From assembly GCA_964547155.1 (NCBI GenBank), contig CAZJMM010000002.1, positions 1-28,143 of the forward strand: a DNA stretch of 28,143 nt, given 5' to 3'. The notes below the pieces were generated by a model. That model was not told the DNA's origin. It did no database searches and worked only from the letters and a program-made list of their open reading frames with translations. Below, one piece after another: positions 8,824 to 16,703 of the stretch (the first letter of the stretch is position 1; each line of letters begins with the position of its first letter). A program made the position numbers and the translations under genes. This DNA is from an uncultured Dehalococcoidaceae bacterium (lineage in GTDB: Bacteria; Chloroflexota; Dehalococcoidia; GIF9; DYGU01).

Positions 8824-9330
8824 CTATTTTCTGTATTTGCTCCTCCTCTTTTTTTCAAGTTCGCGGAGTAGACTTTCCATTTTTTTCTCATCCTCCGCCA
8901 TTCTTTCCCGAAAGTCTAGGCCAACTTTGGTATGGTCTTCTCTATCCATAATCACCCACAGAGGGAAGGGTTCTGCTGGTGGGTACCCCGGAAAACACTC
9001 CTTGTCCACTATATTTCTTAAGGCAGTCACCTATGAGGTCCTTACCTGGCTTCACGTTTTTGGGAAGTTCTTTCTTGTGACCGACAACGATGGAGATACT
9101 CCTGTTTTTATCGTATTCACCTGATGCCTTAAGTTTCTCCATATTGAGAGCAAGCAAACCCTGGCAACTACTGCAACTACCTTCCAGATAGAAATCATAT
9201 TCAGGCCACGCATCAAATCCTTCCAGGTACGGTAACTACAGCTTCTTGAATACCTCCTTTATAGATTTACCACGGACTTCAAAATCGATTTCTCTTCGTA
9301 ATTACCAAGACCCAAATTTTGTTCACCGAT
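8824..9330 (-). pseudogene. Decayed C-terminal remnant of a DUF362-like Fe-S protein
   Basis: Joined frames read GEQNLGLGNY /fs/ EIDFEVRGKSIKEVFKKL*LPYLEGFDAWPEYDFYLEGSCSSCQGLLALNMEKLK...KDLIGDCLKKY /fs/ ECFPGYPPAEPFPLW. Two frameshifts, in-frame TAG at 9238-9236, no N-terminus. Family call is from memory of CxxC...GDC...GCPP tails. Confidence 0.65.
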
Positions 9331-9435
9331 TATATCACAATCTTTTTTCTTATAAGATGCCTGAATTCAAAGACCCTCTAGAGCTGTAGTTATTAAATTA
9401 GCTTCAGTCAAAATTGTACACTCAAGTCTCGACTG

Positions 9436-9465
9436 TTGACATCACATTGATAAGTCGTTTATCAT
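9436..9465 (+). promoter_or_regulatory. sigma70-type promoter for the USP gene
   Basis: TTGACA (9436-9441), 18 nt, TATCAT (9460-9465), upstream of the SD at 9478-9482. Confidence 0.5.
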
Positions 9466-9488
9466 TCAAGTCAGAAAGGAGGAGCAAG

Positions 9489-9968
9489 ATTTATAGGAAG
9501 GTTTTAGTTCCATTAGACGGGTCCAAACTGGCGGAGTGCATTCTTCCCCACGTGGAGGAACTGGCAACACACAACATGGTCGAGGAAGTCATCTTGGTTA
9601 GTGTCACAGAACGCATCCCGGGCTATAGAGCATGGGCGGACTACAGCCAGCCGCAGGAGGAACGGTTAGCACCTGAAGCTGTGGGTAAGTTAGAAAGACA
9701 GGCTCAAAAATATCTTAACAGGATAGCAAAAGGATTGGAAACTAAAACTAAAGGGATTAAGATACTAACAGAGGTGCTCTTGGGTAATCCTGCTGAAGAG
9801 ATTGCATTCTATGCAGAAACCAAAGGTTGTGACCTTATTGTTATGGCAAGCCATGGTCGTTCTGGCATAAGCAAATGGGCTCACGGAAGTGTTGCCGATA
9901 AAGTACTGAGATCCAGTCGTATCCCAATCCTCATGGTTCGGGCGCCAGGCTGCATAGCTGGGATTTGA
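9489..9968 (+). CDS. Universal stress protein (USP), probable ATT start
   Basis: (M)YRKVLVPLDGSKLAE...LIVMASHGRSGISKWAHGSVADKVLR; GGAGG-6 nt-ATT at 9489. The track's TTG at 9414 lies upstream of the predicted promoter. Confidence 0.88.
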   Translation: MYRKVLVPLDGSKLAECILPHVEELATHNMVEEVILVSVTERIPGYRAWADYSQPQEERLAPEAVGKLERQAQKYLNRIAKGLETKTKGIKILTEVLLGNPAEEIAFYAETKGCDLIVMASHGRSGISKWAHGSVADKVLRSSRIPILMVRAPGCIAGI

Positions 9969-10050
9969 TTCTAAAGCTTCATTGTATGAACAGCCTTGAA
10001 GGCTATTGCCAAATGATGGCAGTTTGCGTTATTTCTTCGTCAGGTTCCAT

Positions 10051-10986
10051 CTAGTAGTTGACCTTGTCTTTCCCCTTCAACCCAAGAATGCTCCTGGCTT
10101 CGTCAGGGGTAGCAATTTCTCTCCCCAGTTCCCTGGCAATTCTAACCACTTTTTCTACCAGTTCAGCGTTACTCTTAGCCAATACCCCTTTGCTGACGTA
10201 GATATTATCTTCCAGCCCTACCCTAGCATGTCCACCCATCATAATCGATAGGGTCGCCAGGTTGAACTCGGCGGGATAACCAGCGCCAATGACCGACCAC
10301 TTGTAGTTTTCCGGCCCGAACAATCGGTCACTGGTCTGCTTCATATACATGATATTTTCTAAATCGGCACCAATCGCCCCCAGAATTCCGGTGACAAATT
10401 GCACCCAGATGGGGAACTGCACAAGCTTTCTCCTGACACAGTACTGTATGTTGTACAGGTGCCCCACATCATATGCTTCATGTTCAGGTTTGGTGTTATT
10501 CTCATTCATGGTCTTGCAGAAGTGTTCAATATCACCAAAAGTATTGCGGAAGATAAAATCTATAGTGCTGGTGGCAAATTCTTTCTCCCAAGGATATTTG
10601 TAGTCTGAGTCCTTATACCTCTCTGCTATTGGATGAATCGAGAAGTTGATTGAGCCCATGTTAAATGTTGCCAACTCCGGTTTAAGAGCCGGGACAACCC
10701 TTATCCTTTCCGCCGCCGTCATTTCCATCGTACCGCCGGTGGTTACGCAGACAATAACATTGCTTTTTGACTTGATGAGGGTGGCAATCTCTCGGTAGAC
10801 CGCTGGGTCAGTAGTTGGTTTGCCGGTCTGTGGGTCTCTACCATGGACGTGCACCGAAGCCGCGCCGGCATTGGCGCACCTTACCGCATCATCGGCGATT
10901 TGTTGCGGTGTAAGCGGTAGATAAGGTGTCTGCGTTGGTAGGGTGATATTACCAGTCAAAGCAGCTGTTATGATGAGTTTTTCCAT
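10051..10986 (-). CDS. BKACE/DUF849 beta-keto acid cleavage enzyme; candidate triacetate acetoacetate-lyase (TAL)
   Basis: 'KLIITAALTG', metal-binding HVH in 'SVHVHGRD', 'TTGG', 'GGHARVGLEDN'. Confidence 0.92.
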   Translation of the reverse strand: MEKLIITAALTGNITLPTQTPYLPLTPQQIADDAVRCANAGAASVHVHGRDPQTGKPTTDPAVYREIATLIKSKSNVIVCVTTGGTMEMTAAERIRVVPALKPELATFNMGSINFSIHPIAERYKDSDYKYPWEKEFATSTIDFIFRNTFGDIEHFCKTMNENNTKPEHEAYDVGHLYNIQYCVRRKLVQFPIWVQFVTGILGAIGADLENIMYMKQTSDRLFGPENYKWSVIGAGYPAEFNLATLSIMMGGHARVGLEDNIYVSKGVLAKSNAELVEKVVRIARELGREIATPDEARSILGLKGKDKVNY

Positions 10987-11083
10987 CTATGTATTCCTCC
11001 TTACATTGTTGATTATTAGCATACGTTCTGTAGTATAGCTATACATCATGAGTTAATAGTGTCAGTTATGGATTTGCCTTCCC

Positions 11084-12040
11084 TCAAATTTGTTGGCTCT
11101 GTTGTCTTTGCGAATAATCAATAAGGTATTTCGTAAGCCTTTCTCTAGTGCGTTTTATGCTTTCTGGTGTCCAGTTGTCATAAAAACCTTTTCCAGATTT
11201 GAACCCAAGTTCACCTTTCTTTACCTTGTCCTTTAAAAGTGGTGAGGGGTTTGGAGAAGTCTCTAAATCCTTCAAAACGGTATTGTGGATCGCTAGAACT
11301 AAATCTAGCCCAGCCATATCGGCATTCTCAATTGGCCCCAGAACCGCAATCCGGATACCGAAACTTTGCTTAATAGCATCGTCAACAGTAGCTGCATCAG
11401 CAATGCCTTTTTCTACAATTGAGATAGCCTCTCGCCACAGGGCATGCTGGAGGCGGTTAGCCACAAATCCTGGAACATCCTTTAAGCACCTGATGGGATA
11501 TTTCCCGGCCTTTTTCATGAATTGATAGGTTATTTCCATTGTCTCATTAGAAGTATCCTTTCCCTTTACCACTTCAACCAGGGGGATAAGATATGGTGGA
11601 AACCAAAAGTGTGTTCCAAGGATTCTGTCCCTATTCTTGGCTTTAGACGCTATCGCGGTTATACTGATTACCGATGTATTTGTGGCCAGAATAACATCCT
11701 TAGGGCACATCTGGTCTAATTCCTTAAATAAGTCTTGTTTTACTTTTAGATTTTCGGCCACTGATTCGATAATAATCGGAGCCTTCGCAATCACTTCGTC
11801 TAAGTTCCTGGTTATTTTAATCCTGCTTATAATCCTTTGTATTTCATCCTCTGCGCCCGCTTGTCCTTGCAGCAAGGTGGGGAGATTTGACTTGATACTT
11901 TCCACGGCTTTGTCCAGAGTTTGCTGAGTCCGGGAGTATAAAGAGACCTGATAACCAGCCTTGGCAAAATGCAGTGCCAGTCCGTGCCCTATCATGCCCG
12001 CTCCCAGCAAAGCAACGTGATTGATCTCTTCAACTTTCAT
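11084..12040 (-). CDS. Single-module 3-hydroxyacyl-CoA dehydrogenase-like protein; candidate 3-hydroxy-5-oxohexanoate dehydrogenase (TfD)
   Basis: GAGMIG, 'ESVAENLKVKQ', NTS, 'HFWFPPYLIPLVE', 'GFVANRLQHALWREA'. Confidence 0.88.
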   Translation of the reverse strand: MKVEEINHVALLGAGMIGHGLALHFAKAGYQVSLYSRTQQTLDKAVESIKSNLPTLLQGQAGAEDEIQRIISRIKITRNLDEVIAKAPIIIESVAENLKVKQDLFKELDQMCPKDVILATNTSVISITAIASKAKNRDRILGTHFWFPPYLIPLVEVVKGKDTSNETMEITYQFMKKAGKYPIRCLKDVPGFVANRLQHALWREAISIVEKGIADAATVDDAIKQSFGIRIAVLGPIENADMAGLDLVLAIHNTVLKDLETSPNPSPLLKDKVKKGELGFKSGKGFYDNWTPESIKRTRERLTKYLIDYSQRQQSQQI

Positions 12041-12092
12041 AAGATGCTCCCCCTTTCGCTATTTTTTGATCTGTACTACGTATCCCTGGAAA

Positions 12093-12377
12093 TTACAGAT
12101 ATCCTGTTAAGCGGTATAAGACTCTCTGAGGTGGCGCAGCGGCACCGGTGCAGATAAACGGCTTGCCGTCCTCACGGTTGTTCCGAGTTCCATGCCTAGT
12201 CAGGCACGGTGTATAAATGATGTCTCCTTCCCTTACTTTATGCCGGGAGTCTCCCAGGAAAACCTCCCCTTTCCCCTTAACAACCTCAGCAATATCTTCG
12301 GAAATGGGGTGGGCATCATAAAGGCACCTCTTTGCACTCGGCACGATTCCTAATGGGGTAATAAGTAACAGGGCCAC
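12093..12377 (-). pseudogene. Second cupin-fold ORF, probably 5'-truncated or degenerate
   Basis: Motif 2 (GDIIYTPCLTRHG) is intact; motif 1 reads DAHPISED. No SD, and the GTG is directly preceded by an in-frame TGA. Confidence 0.5.
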
Positions 12378-12397
12378 TCAGGACCAAGCTGATTCAC

Positions 12398-12736
12398 TTA
12401 ATAGTTAACAATTACCAGCATAGTTACGGGCTTATTGGTCTTGTTGATGACCTCTCTCCCTTCATGGGGCGCAAGGTAAACGGATTCCCAGGGACCTAAG
12501 GTAGTCTCTTCTTTCTTAGTCTTAATGGTAATTTCTCCGTCTAAGACGAAGTATACCTTCTCCGTAGGTGAATCTTCGTAGGCATATTCAGCCCCGCCTC
12601 CGGGGAGGAAGTGCGACATGCCTACCCAAAACTTCTGAGAGCCTGTTTCTTCTTTGCTATGGAGCCTAAGGGCGACCATCTTGAAATGGCCGGGTGGGTC
12701 ATAGGGTTTAGCCTGTTCCAATCGGACCTTTTTCAT
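12398..12736 (-). CDS. Cupin-domain protein
   Basis: 112 aa, 'SHFLPGGGAE...EKVYFVLDGEITI...LGPWESVYLAPHEGREVIN'; strong AGGAGG SD. Confidence 0.88.
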   Translation of the reverse strand: MKKVRLEQAKPYDPPGHFKMVALRLHSKEETGSQKFWVGMSHFLPGGGAEYAYEDSPTEKVYFVLDGEITIKTKKEETTLGPWESVYLAPHEGREVINKTNKPVTMLVIVNY

Positions 12737-12770
12737 AATATTCTCCTCCTGATATCGTTAGCTGAGAGCA

Positions 12771-13535
12771 TTACTGGTCACCTTCGTCTACGATGGCTAC
12801 TAACCTTACCATGGAACCATCACCTTTTACCCATCGGATAGGAAAGCCAGCGATGGTAACCCTCTTGCCCACCACTTTGTCGATGTCACCACCGACGTTC
12901 TCCCATCCCATAATGCCATTTTTCAAGATAATGTTATGGCAGGGCTCCCAGAGTGGAAAATCGTCTATCACTTTGCGTCCGGTTTCTCTTTCATACTCGG
13001 CACACACATCTGGTCGTAGTGGGCCCAATCCATGGGGACCTATAGCGGTAGCTAACGGGTGGTCTAATGCCTGCTGGTCAACCCCGACAGCCTTAACACC
13101 CTTCTCGACAAACCAGTCGCCGGCTTCTTTGTATAGCCCTGGAGAGTAGCAAAAATATCTTACAGTATCTACATAATAATATATATGCCAGTGGGTGTGT
13201 ATGATAACGATATCACCCTTTTCAATCTTGGGTCTGGCTTTTTCCAGGTCATCAGGGGTAATAACACCCCACTTGTTCTTTGGAATGTCTACAACGACGC
13301 CAGTGCCATAATACTTCTCCAGCGGTATCTCGTCAGTATATATGCCCCCCTCAAAAACATGTGCCGGGGAATCAGCGTGTGTTGCACAGTGCATAGTAGT
13401 TGTAAGCCTTTGGGTCAGTACTCCTGCTTTAGCATGATAGTGTATGCGCTCGATTTGGATATCCGTAAAATACGGCCATAAGGGTACACCAAAACCATAA
13501 GGCTGACTTAGATCAACCAGTTTGACTTTTCCCAT
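12771..13535 (-). CDS. Cyclase/kynurenine-formamidase-family metal hydrolase; candidate dihydrophloroglucinol cyclohydrolase (DPGC)
   Basis: 'VDLSQP', metal motif 'HCATHADSPAH', 'KGDIVIIHT', 'ENVGG', 'FPIRWVKGDGSMVRLVA'. Confidence 0.9.
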   Translation of the reverse strand: MGKVKLVDLSQPYGFGVPLWPYFTDIQIERIHYHAKAGVLTQRLTTTMHCATHADSPAHVFEGGIYTDEIPLEKYYGTGVVVDIPKNKWGVITPDDLEKARPKIEKGDIVIIHTHWHIYYYVDTVRYFCYSPGLYKEAGDWFVEKGVKAVGVDQQALDHPLATAIGPHGLGPLRPDVCAEYERETGRKVIDDFPLWEPCHNIILKNGIMGWENVGGDIDKVVGKRVTIAGFPIRWVKGDGSMVRLVAIVDEGDQ

Positions 13536-13576
13536 AGTGAATACCTCCTTAGATTTTAGTTTTATTTAACTTTATC

Positions 13577-14341
13577 CTACCACGTAGTGACACCACCATC
13601 AATATAAAGAACCTGTCCGGTGATGAAATCTGAGGCCTTTGAGGCGAAAAATATTGTGGCGCCTACAATGTCCTCCGGTGTTGCCCAGCGTCCCAGCGGA
13701 ATCCGTGCTTTCATACTTTGGGCAAATGCCGGGTCTGCTAGTGCTGGGCGGGTCAATTCAGTCTCTACAATTGTAGGAGCAACCGCATTTACTAGAACAT
13801 TATGCTTAGCCCATTCACACGCAAGAGTCCTTGTCAAGGAATCCACGGCACCTTTGCTGGCACAGTAAGCTGCATAGTTTGCAGGCAAACCGTATCTCCC
13901 TCTTACTGATGATAAGTTTATTATCTTGCCGCTATGTTGTTTGATCATTTCCCGTCCTACCGCCTGGCAACAAATAAACGTACCCAGAGTATTGATATCC
14001 ATGACCTGCTGCCACTCATCAATTGGAAAGGTCTCAGCAGGCTTGCGAATTGCCAAGCCGTGAGCATTCACCAGAATATCAATACGAGGGAATGCCTCTA
14101 GGATTTTCTTTACCATATCTGCCACTGACTTCTCCTGTACGACGTCTACAGTAATCGCCAGCGCTTTTCTACCTTTAGCCCGTATCTCTCCAGCTACCTT
14201 TTCCAAGGGCTCGAGTTTGCGGCTTGCGATGACAACATCAGCACCAAAATCAGCCAGACCCAAAGCTAGAGCACGTCCAATGCCACCATGACCACCAACT
14301 ACCAAAGCTACCTTGCCTGTCAAATCAAATAAATCGGTCAT
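13577..14341 (-). CDS. Classical SDR oxidoreductase, NADP(H)-type; candidate phloroglucinol reductase (PGR)
   Basis: GGHGGIG, basic 'ASRK' after beta2, 'NLSSVR', catalytic YCASK. Confidence 0.9.
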   Translation of the reverse strand: MTDLFDLTGKVALVVGGHGGIGRALALGLADFGADVVIASRKLEPLEKVAGEIRAKGRKALAITVDVVQEKSVADMVKKILEAFPRIDILVNAHGLAIRKPAETFPIDEWQQVMDINTLGTFICCQAVGREMIKQHSGKIINLSSVRGRYGLPANYAAYCASKGAVDSLTRTLACEWAKHNVLVNAVAPTIVETELTRPALADPAFAQSMKARIPLGRWATPEDIVGATIFFASKASDFITGQVLYIDGGVTTW

Positions 14342-14425
14342 GCTATACCTCCTAGTAATGCCTGAGTGTGGATAACCTTAACCCGTATGGCGTATTGCAC
14401 TCCTGCCTACCGAGCGTCAATCAGT

Positions 14426-14454
14426 ATTATATTACATCAGTTAATAAGCTACAA
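14426..14454 (-). promoter_or_regulatory. sigma70-type promoter for the SDR-cyclase operon
   Basis: Minus strand TTGTAG (14454-14449), 17 nt, TATAAT (14431-14426). Confidence 0.55.
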
Positions 14455-14507
14455 CTCTCTGTCGCCTCTTAATGTCGAAAAGAAAAGCCCTATTCGAGTG
14501 CACTCTA

Positions 14508-14536
14508 TTAACATCTAGACCTTCATTTGGTATACT
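14508..14536 (+). promoter_or_regulatory. sigma70-type promoter for the dehydrogenase complex operon
   Basis: TTAACA (14508-14513), 17 nt, TATACT (14531-14536) with extended -10 TGn. Confidence 0.55.
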
Positions 14537-14654
14537 AAACTCGAAGATTCCCCACACCAAGAAAACTATTTGCGGAAATTAGAAATGAACTGTGTAAATG
14601 CTACGGCTTCAGCAACTGTGTCAACTTTTGTGAAAAGGTTAAAGGAGAGAGTTT

Positions 14655-15629
14655 ATGCAGGGAATAGAAAACGAGAAGCTTAAAGAAATTTATATCACAA
14701 TGGTGAGGATTCGGGCTTTTGAGGAGAGGGCAATAGCAGAATACCGCAAGGGACTCTGCCCCGGTTTTATCCATTCCTCAATTGGGCAAGAGGCAATCCC
14801 AGCTGCTGTTTGCGCATTTCTTAGGAAGGATGACTATATTTTGACTACCCATAGGGGCCACGGCGATATCATCGCTAAGGGAGCTAGATTCGATAAAATG
14901 TTTGCCGAGCTCTTTGCCAAGGAGACAGGATACTGCAAAGGTAGAGGAGGCTCAATGCATATTGTGGCAACAGACCTCAACATGCTTGGGGCTACTGCCA
15001 TTGTTGGTGCAGGTGTACCTATAGCTAGTGGGGTTGCCCTCGGCTGCAAGATGCAGAACTTGGATAGGGTAACAGTTTGCTTCCTTGGCGATGGTGCAAC
15101 CTGTACTGGAGCTTTTCATGAGGGTCTTGGCTTGGCGACAATTTTTGAGCTACCAGTAGTCTTTGTCTGTGAGAACAATCAGTACGCGATGAGCACTCCC
15201 CAGAAGGACTATACCAAGCTTAAGCATCTAGCTGATAGAGCAAAGGCATATGGGGTTCCCGGGATAACCGTGGACGGAAACGATGCTGTGACTGTTGCCA
15301 AAGTAGCCAATAAAGCAATTGAAAAGGCTAGAGGAGGTAGGGGACCTACCCTTATCGATGCAGTCACTTATAGATATTACGGGCATCACATGGGTGACCC
15401 CGGAATAAGCTACAGAACCAAAGAAGAAATTGAGGAATGGAGAAAGCGCGATCCTATCAAAAGGCTCCAAAACCATCTTTTAGAGGCAAAGTTAATTACT
15501 GAATCAGAGATTAATGAAATCCAAAGTAGTGTAACTAAGGAGCTTGACAAGGCAGTCAAGTTTGCTACCGAGAGCCCCGAGCCGAGGACTGAAGACGCCC
15601 TTAACGATATCTACTTTGTGGCAGAATAA
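14655..15629 (+). CDS. ThDP-dependent 2-oxoacid/acetoin dehydrogenase E1 alpha
   Basis: 'THRGHG', 'GRGGSMH', ThDP motif GDGA...ENN, 'TYRYYGHHMGDP'. Confidence 0.93.
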   Translation: MQGIENEKLKEIYITMVRIRAFEERAIAEYRKGLCPGFIHSSIGQEAIPAAVCAFLRKDDYILTTHRGHGDIIAKGARFDKMFAELFAKETGYCKGRGGSMHIVATDLNMLGATAIVGAGVPIASGVALGCKMQNLDRVTVCFLGDGATCTGAFHEGLGLATIFELPVVFVCENNQYAMSTPQKDYTKLKHLADRAKAYGVPGITVDGNDAVTVAKVANKAIEKARGGRGPTLIDAVTYRYYGHHMGDPGISYRTKEEIEEWRKRDPIKRLQNHLLEAKLITESEINEIQSSVTKELDKAVKFATESPEPRTEDALNDIYFVAE

Positions 15630-15646
15630 TGTCAAGGGAGTGAAAA

Positions 15647-16639
15647 ATGCGAGAGTTAACCTACAGAGAAGCGTTGCGTGAAGCGCTCAGGGAGGAGTTG
15701 AGGCGTGATGAGTCAGTTTTCCTCTTGGGTGAAGATATAGCTGAATATGGCAGCGCCTATAAGGTAACACAGGGATTGGTGGATGAATTTGGTCACGATA
15801 GGGTAAGGAATACACCTTTGGCCGAATCAGCGGTAGCTGGTGCAGCGCTGGGAGCTGCCTTAGTAAGGATGCGACCGGTAGCCGAGATAATGTATATTGA
15901 CTTTTCTCTCCTCGCCTTGGATCAAATCTTCAACCAGATAGCAAAGTTTCGCTATATGACTGGTGGCGGAGTCAAGATACCGCTGGTGATACGAACCCAG
16001 GGTGGTGGAGGTAGGTCTGCCGGGCTTCATCATTCTCAGTCTTTAGAGGCATTATATGCTCATATTCCAGGGCTCATAGTGGTTATGCCGTCCACTCCGT
16101 ATGATGCCAAAGGCTTGCTCAAGTCCAGCATAAGAGACGATAATCCGGTCATATTTATCGAGCACAAAGGGCTCTATGCCCAGTCAGGGATGGTTCCTGA
16201 GGAAGAGTATCTGGTGCCGCTGGGAAAAGCGGAGGTTAAGCGTCAGGGCAAAGACATTACTGCCATTGCTTACTCAAACAGCCTTATCCTAACTTTGAAA
16301 GCTGCTGAGGCGCTAGAAAAGGAAGGTATATCTTTAGAGGTGGTTGACCCGCGGACGCTAAGGCCTCTAGATAAGGATACCGTACTGAATTCAGTAGAGA
16401 AGACGGGCAGAGTAATGATAATTCATGAAGCTTGTAAGACGGGGGGATTTGGTGCGGAGATAGCCGCTATTGTTGCCGAGGAGGCTTTTGATTACTTGGA
16501 TGCACCGATAAAGCGAGTGGCGGCTCTGGATTCGCCTATTCCCTTCAACCCTAAGTTAGAAGATTATGTCCTCCCCAACGAGAATGACATTATAAGGGGA
16601 GCGTTAGAATTGATGGGAAAGAAAGTCCCTGTGCAGTAA
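15647..16639 (+). CDS. 2-oxoacid/acetoin dehydrogenase E1 beta
   Basis: 'GEDI', 'RVRNTPLAES', 'HHSQSLE', 'PVIFIEHK', 'VDPRTLRPLD'. Confidence 0.93.
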   Translation: MRELTYREALREALREELRRDESVFLLGEDIAEYGSAYKVTQGLVDEFGHDRVRNTPLAESAVAGAALGAALVRMRPVAEIMYIDFSLLALDQIFNQIAKFRYMTGGGVKIPLVIRTQGGGGRSAGLHHSQSLEALYAHIPGLIVVMPSTPYDAKGLLKSSIRDDNPVIFIEHKGLYAQSGMVPEEEYLVPLGKAEVKRQGKDITAIAYSNSLILTLKAAEALEKEGISLEVVDPRTLRPLDKDTVLNSVEKTGRVMIIHEACKTGGFGAEIAAIVAEEAFDYLDAPIKRVAALDSPIPFNPKLEDYVLPNENDIIRGALELMGKKVPVQ

Positions 16640-16703
16640 TCTAATTAAGCCGACGCTTCAATTTCAAAGGCAAAACCATAAGAAGGCTAACGGAGATATA
16701 AGG

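Noticed and set aside
9236-9238. In-frame TAG as possible pyrrolysine read-through
   Set aside because: The same gene has two frameshifts and no N-terminus, so decay is the simpler explanation.
10051-12040. Carnitine (CdhA/CdhC) or lysine-fermentation (Kce) interpretation of the BKACE plus dehydrogenase pair
   Set aside because: No betaine transporter or lysine aminomutase genes are nearby, and the co-operonic SDR, cyclase and cupin fit phloroglucinol better. Not formally excluded without phylogeny.
12378-12380. TGA directly before cupin 2 as possible selenocysteine
   Set aside because: The upstream in-frame sequence has no start or SD, the position is not a Cys-equivalent site, and no SECIS-like hairpin was evident.
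16640-16703. GGCAAAACC resembling a c-di-GMP-I riboswitch fragment
   Set aside because: The paired GNRA stem and second helix are missing, and the gap is too short.
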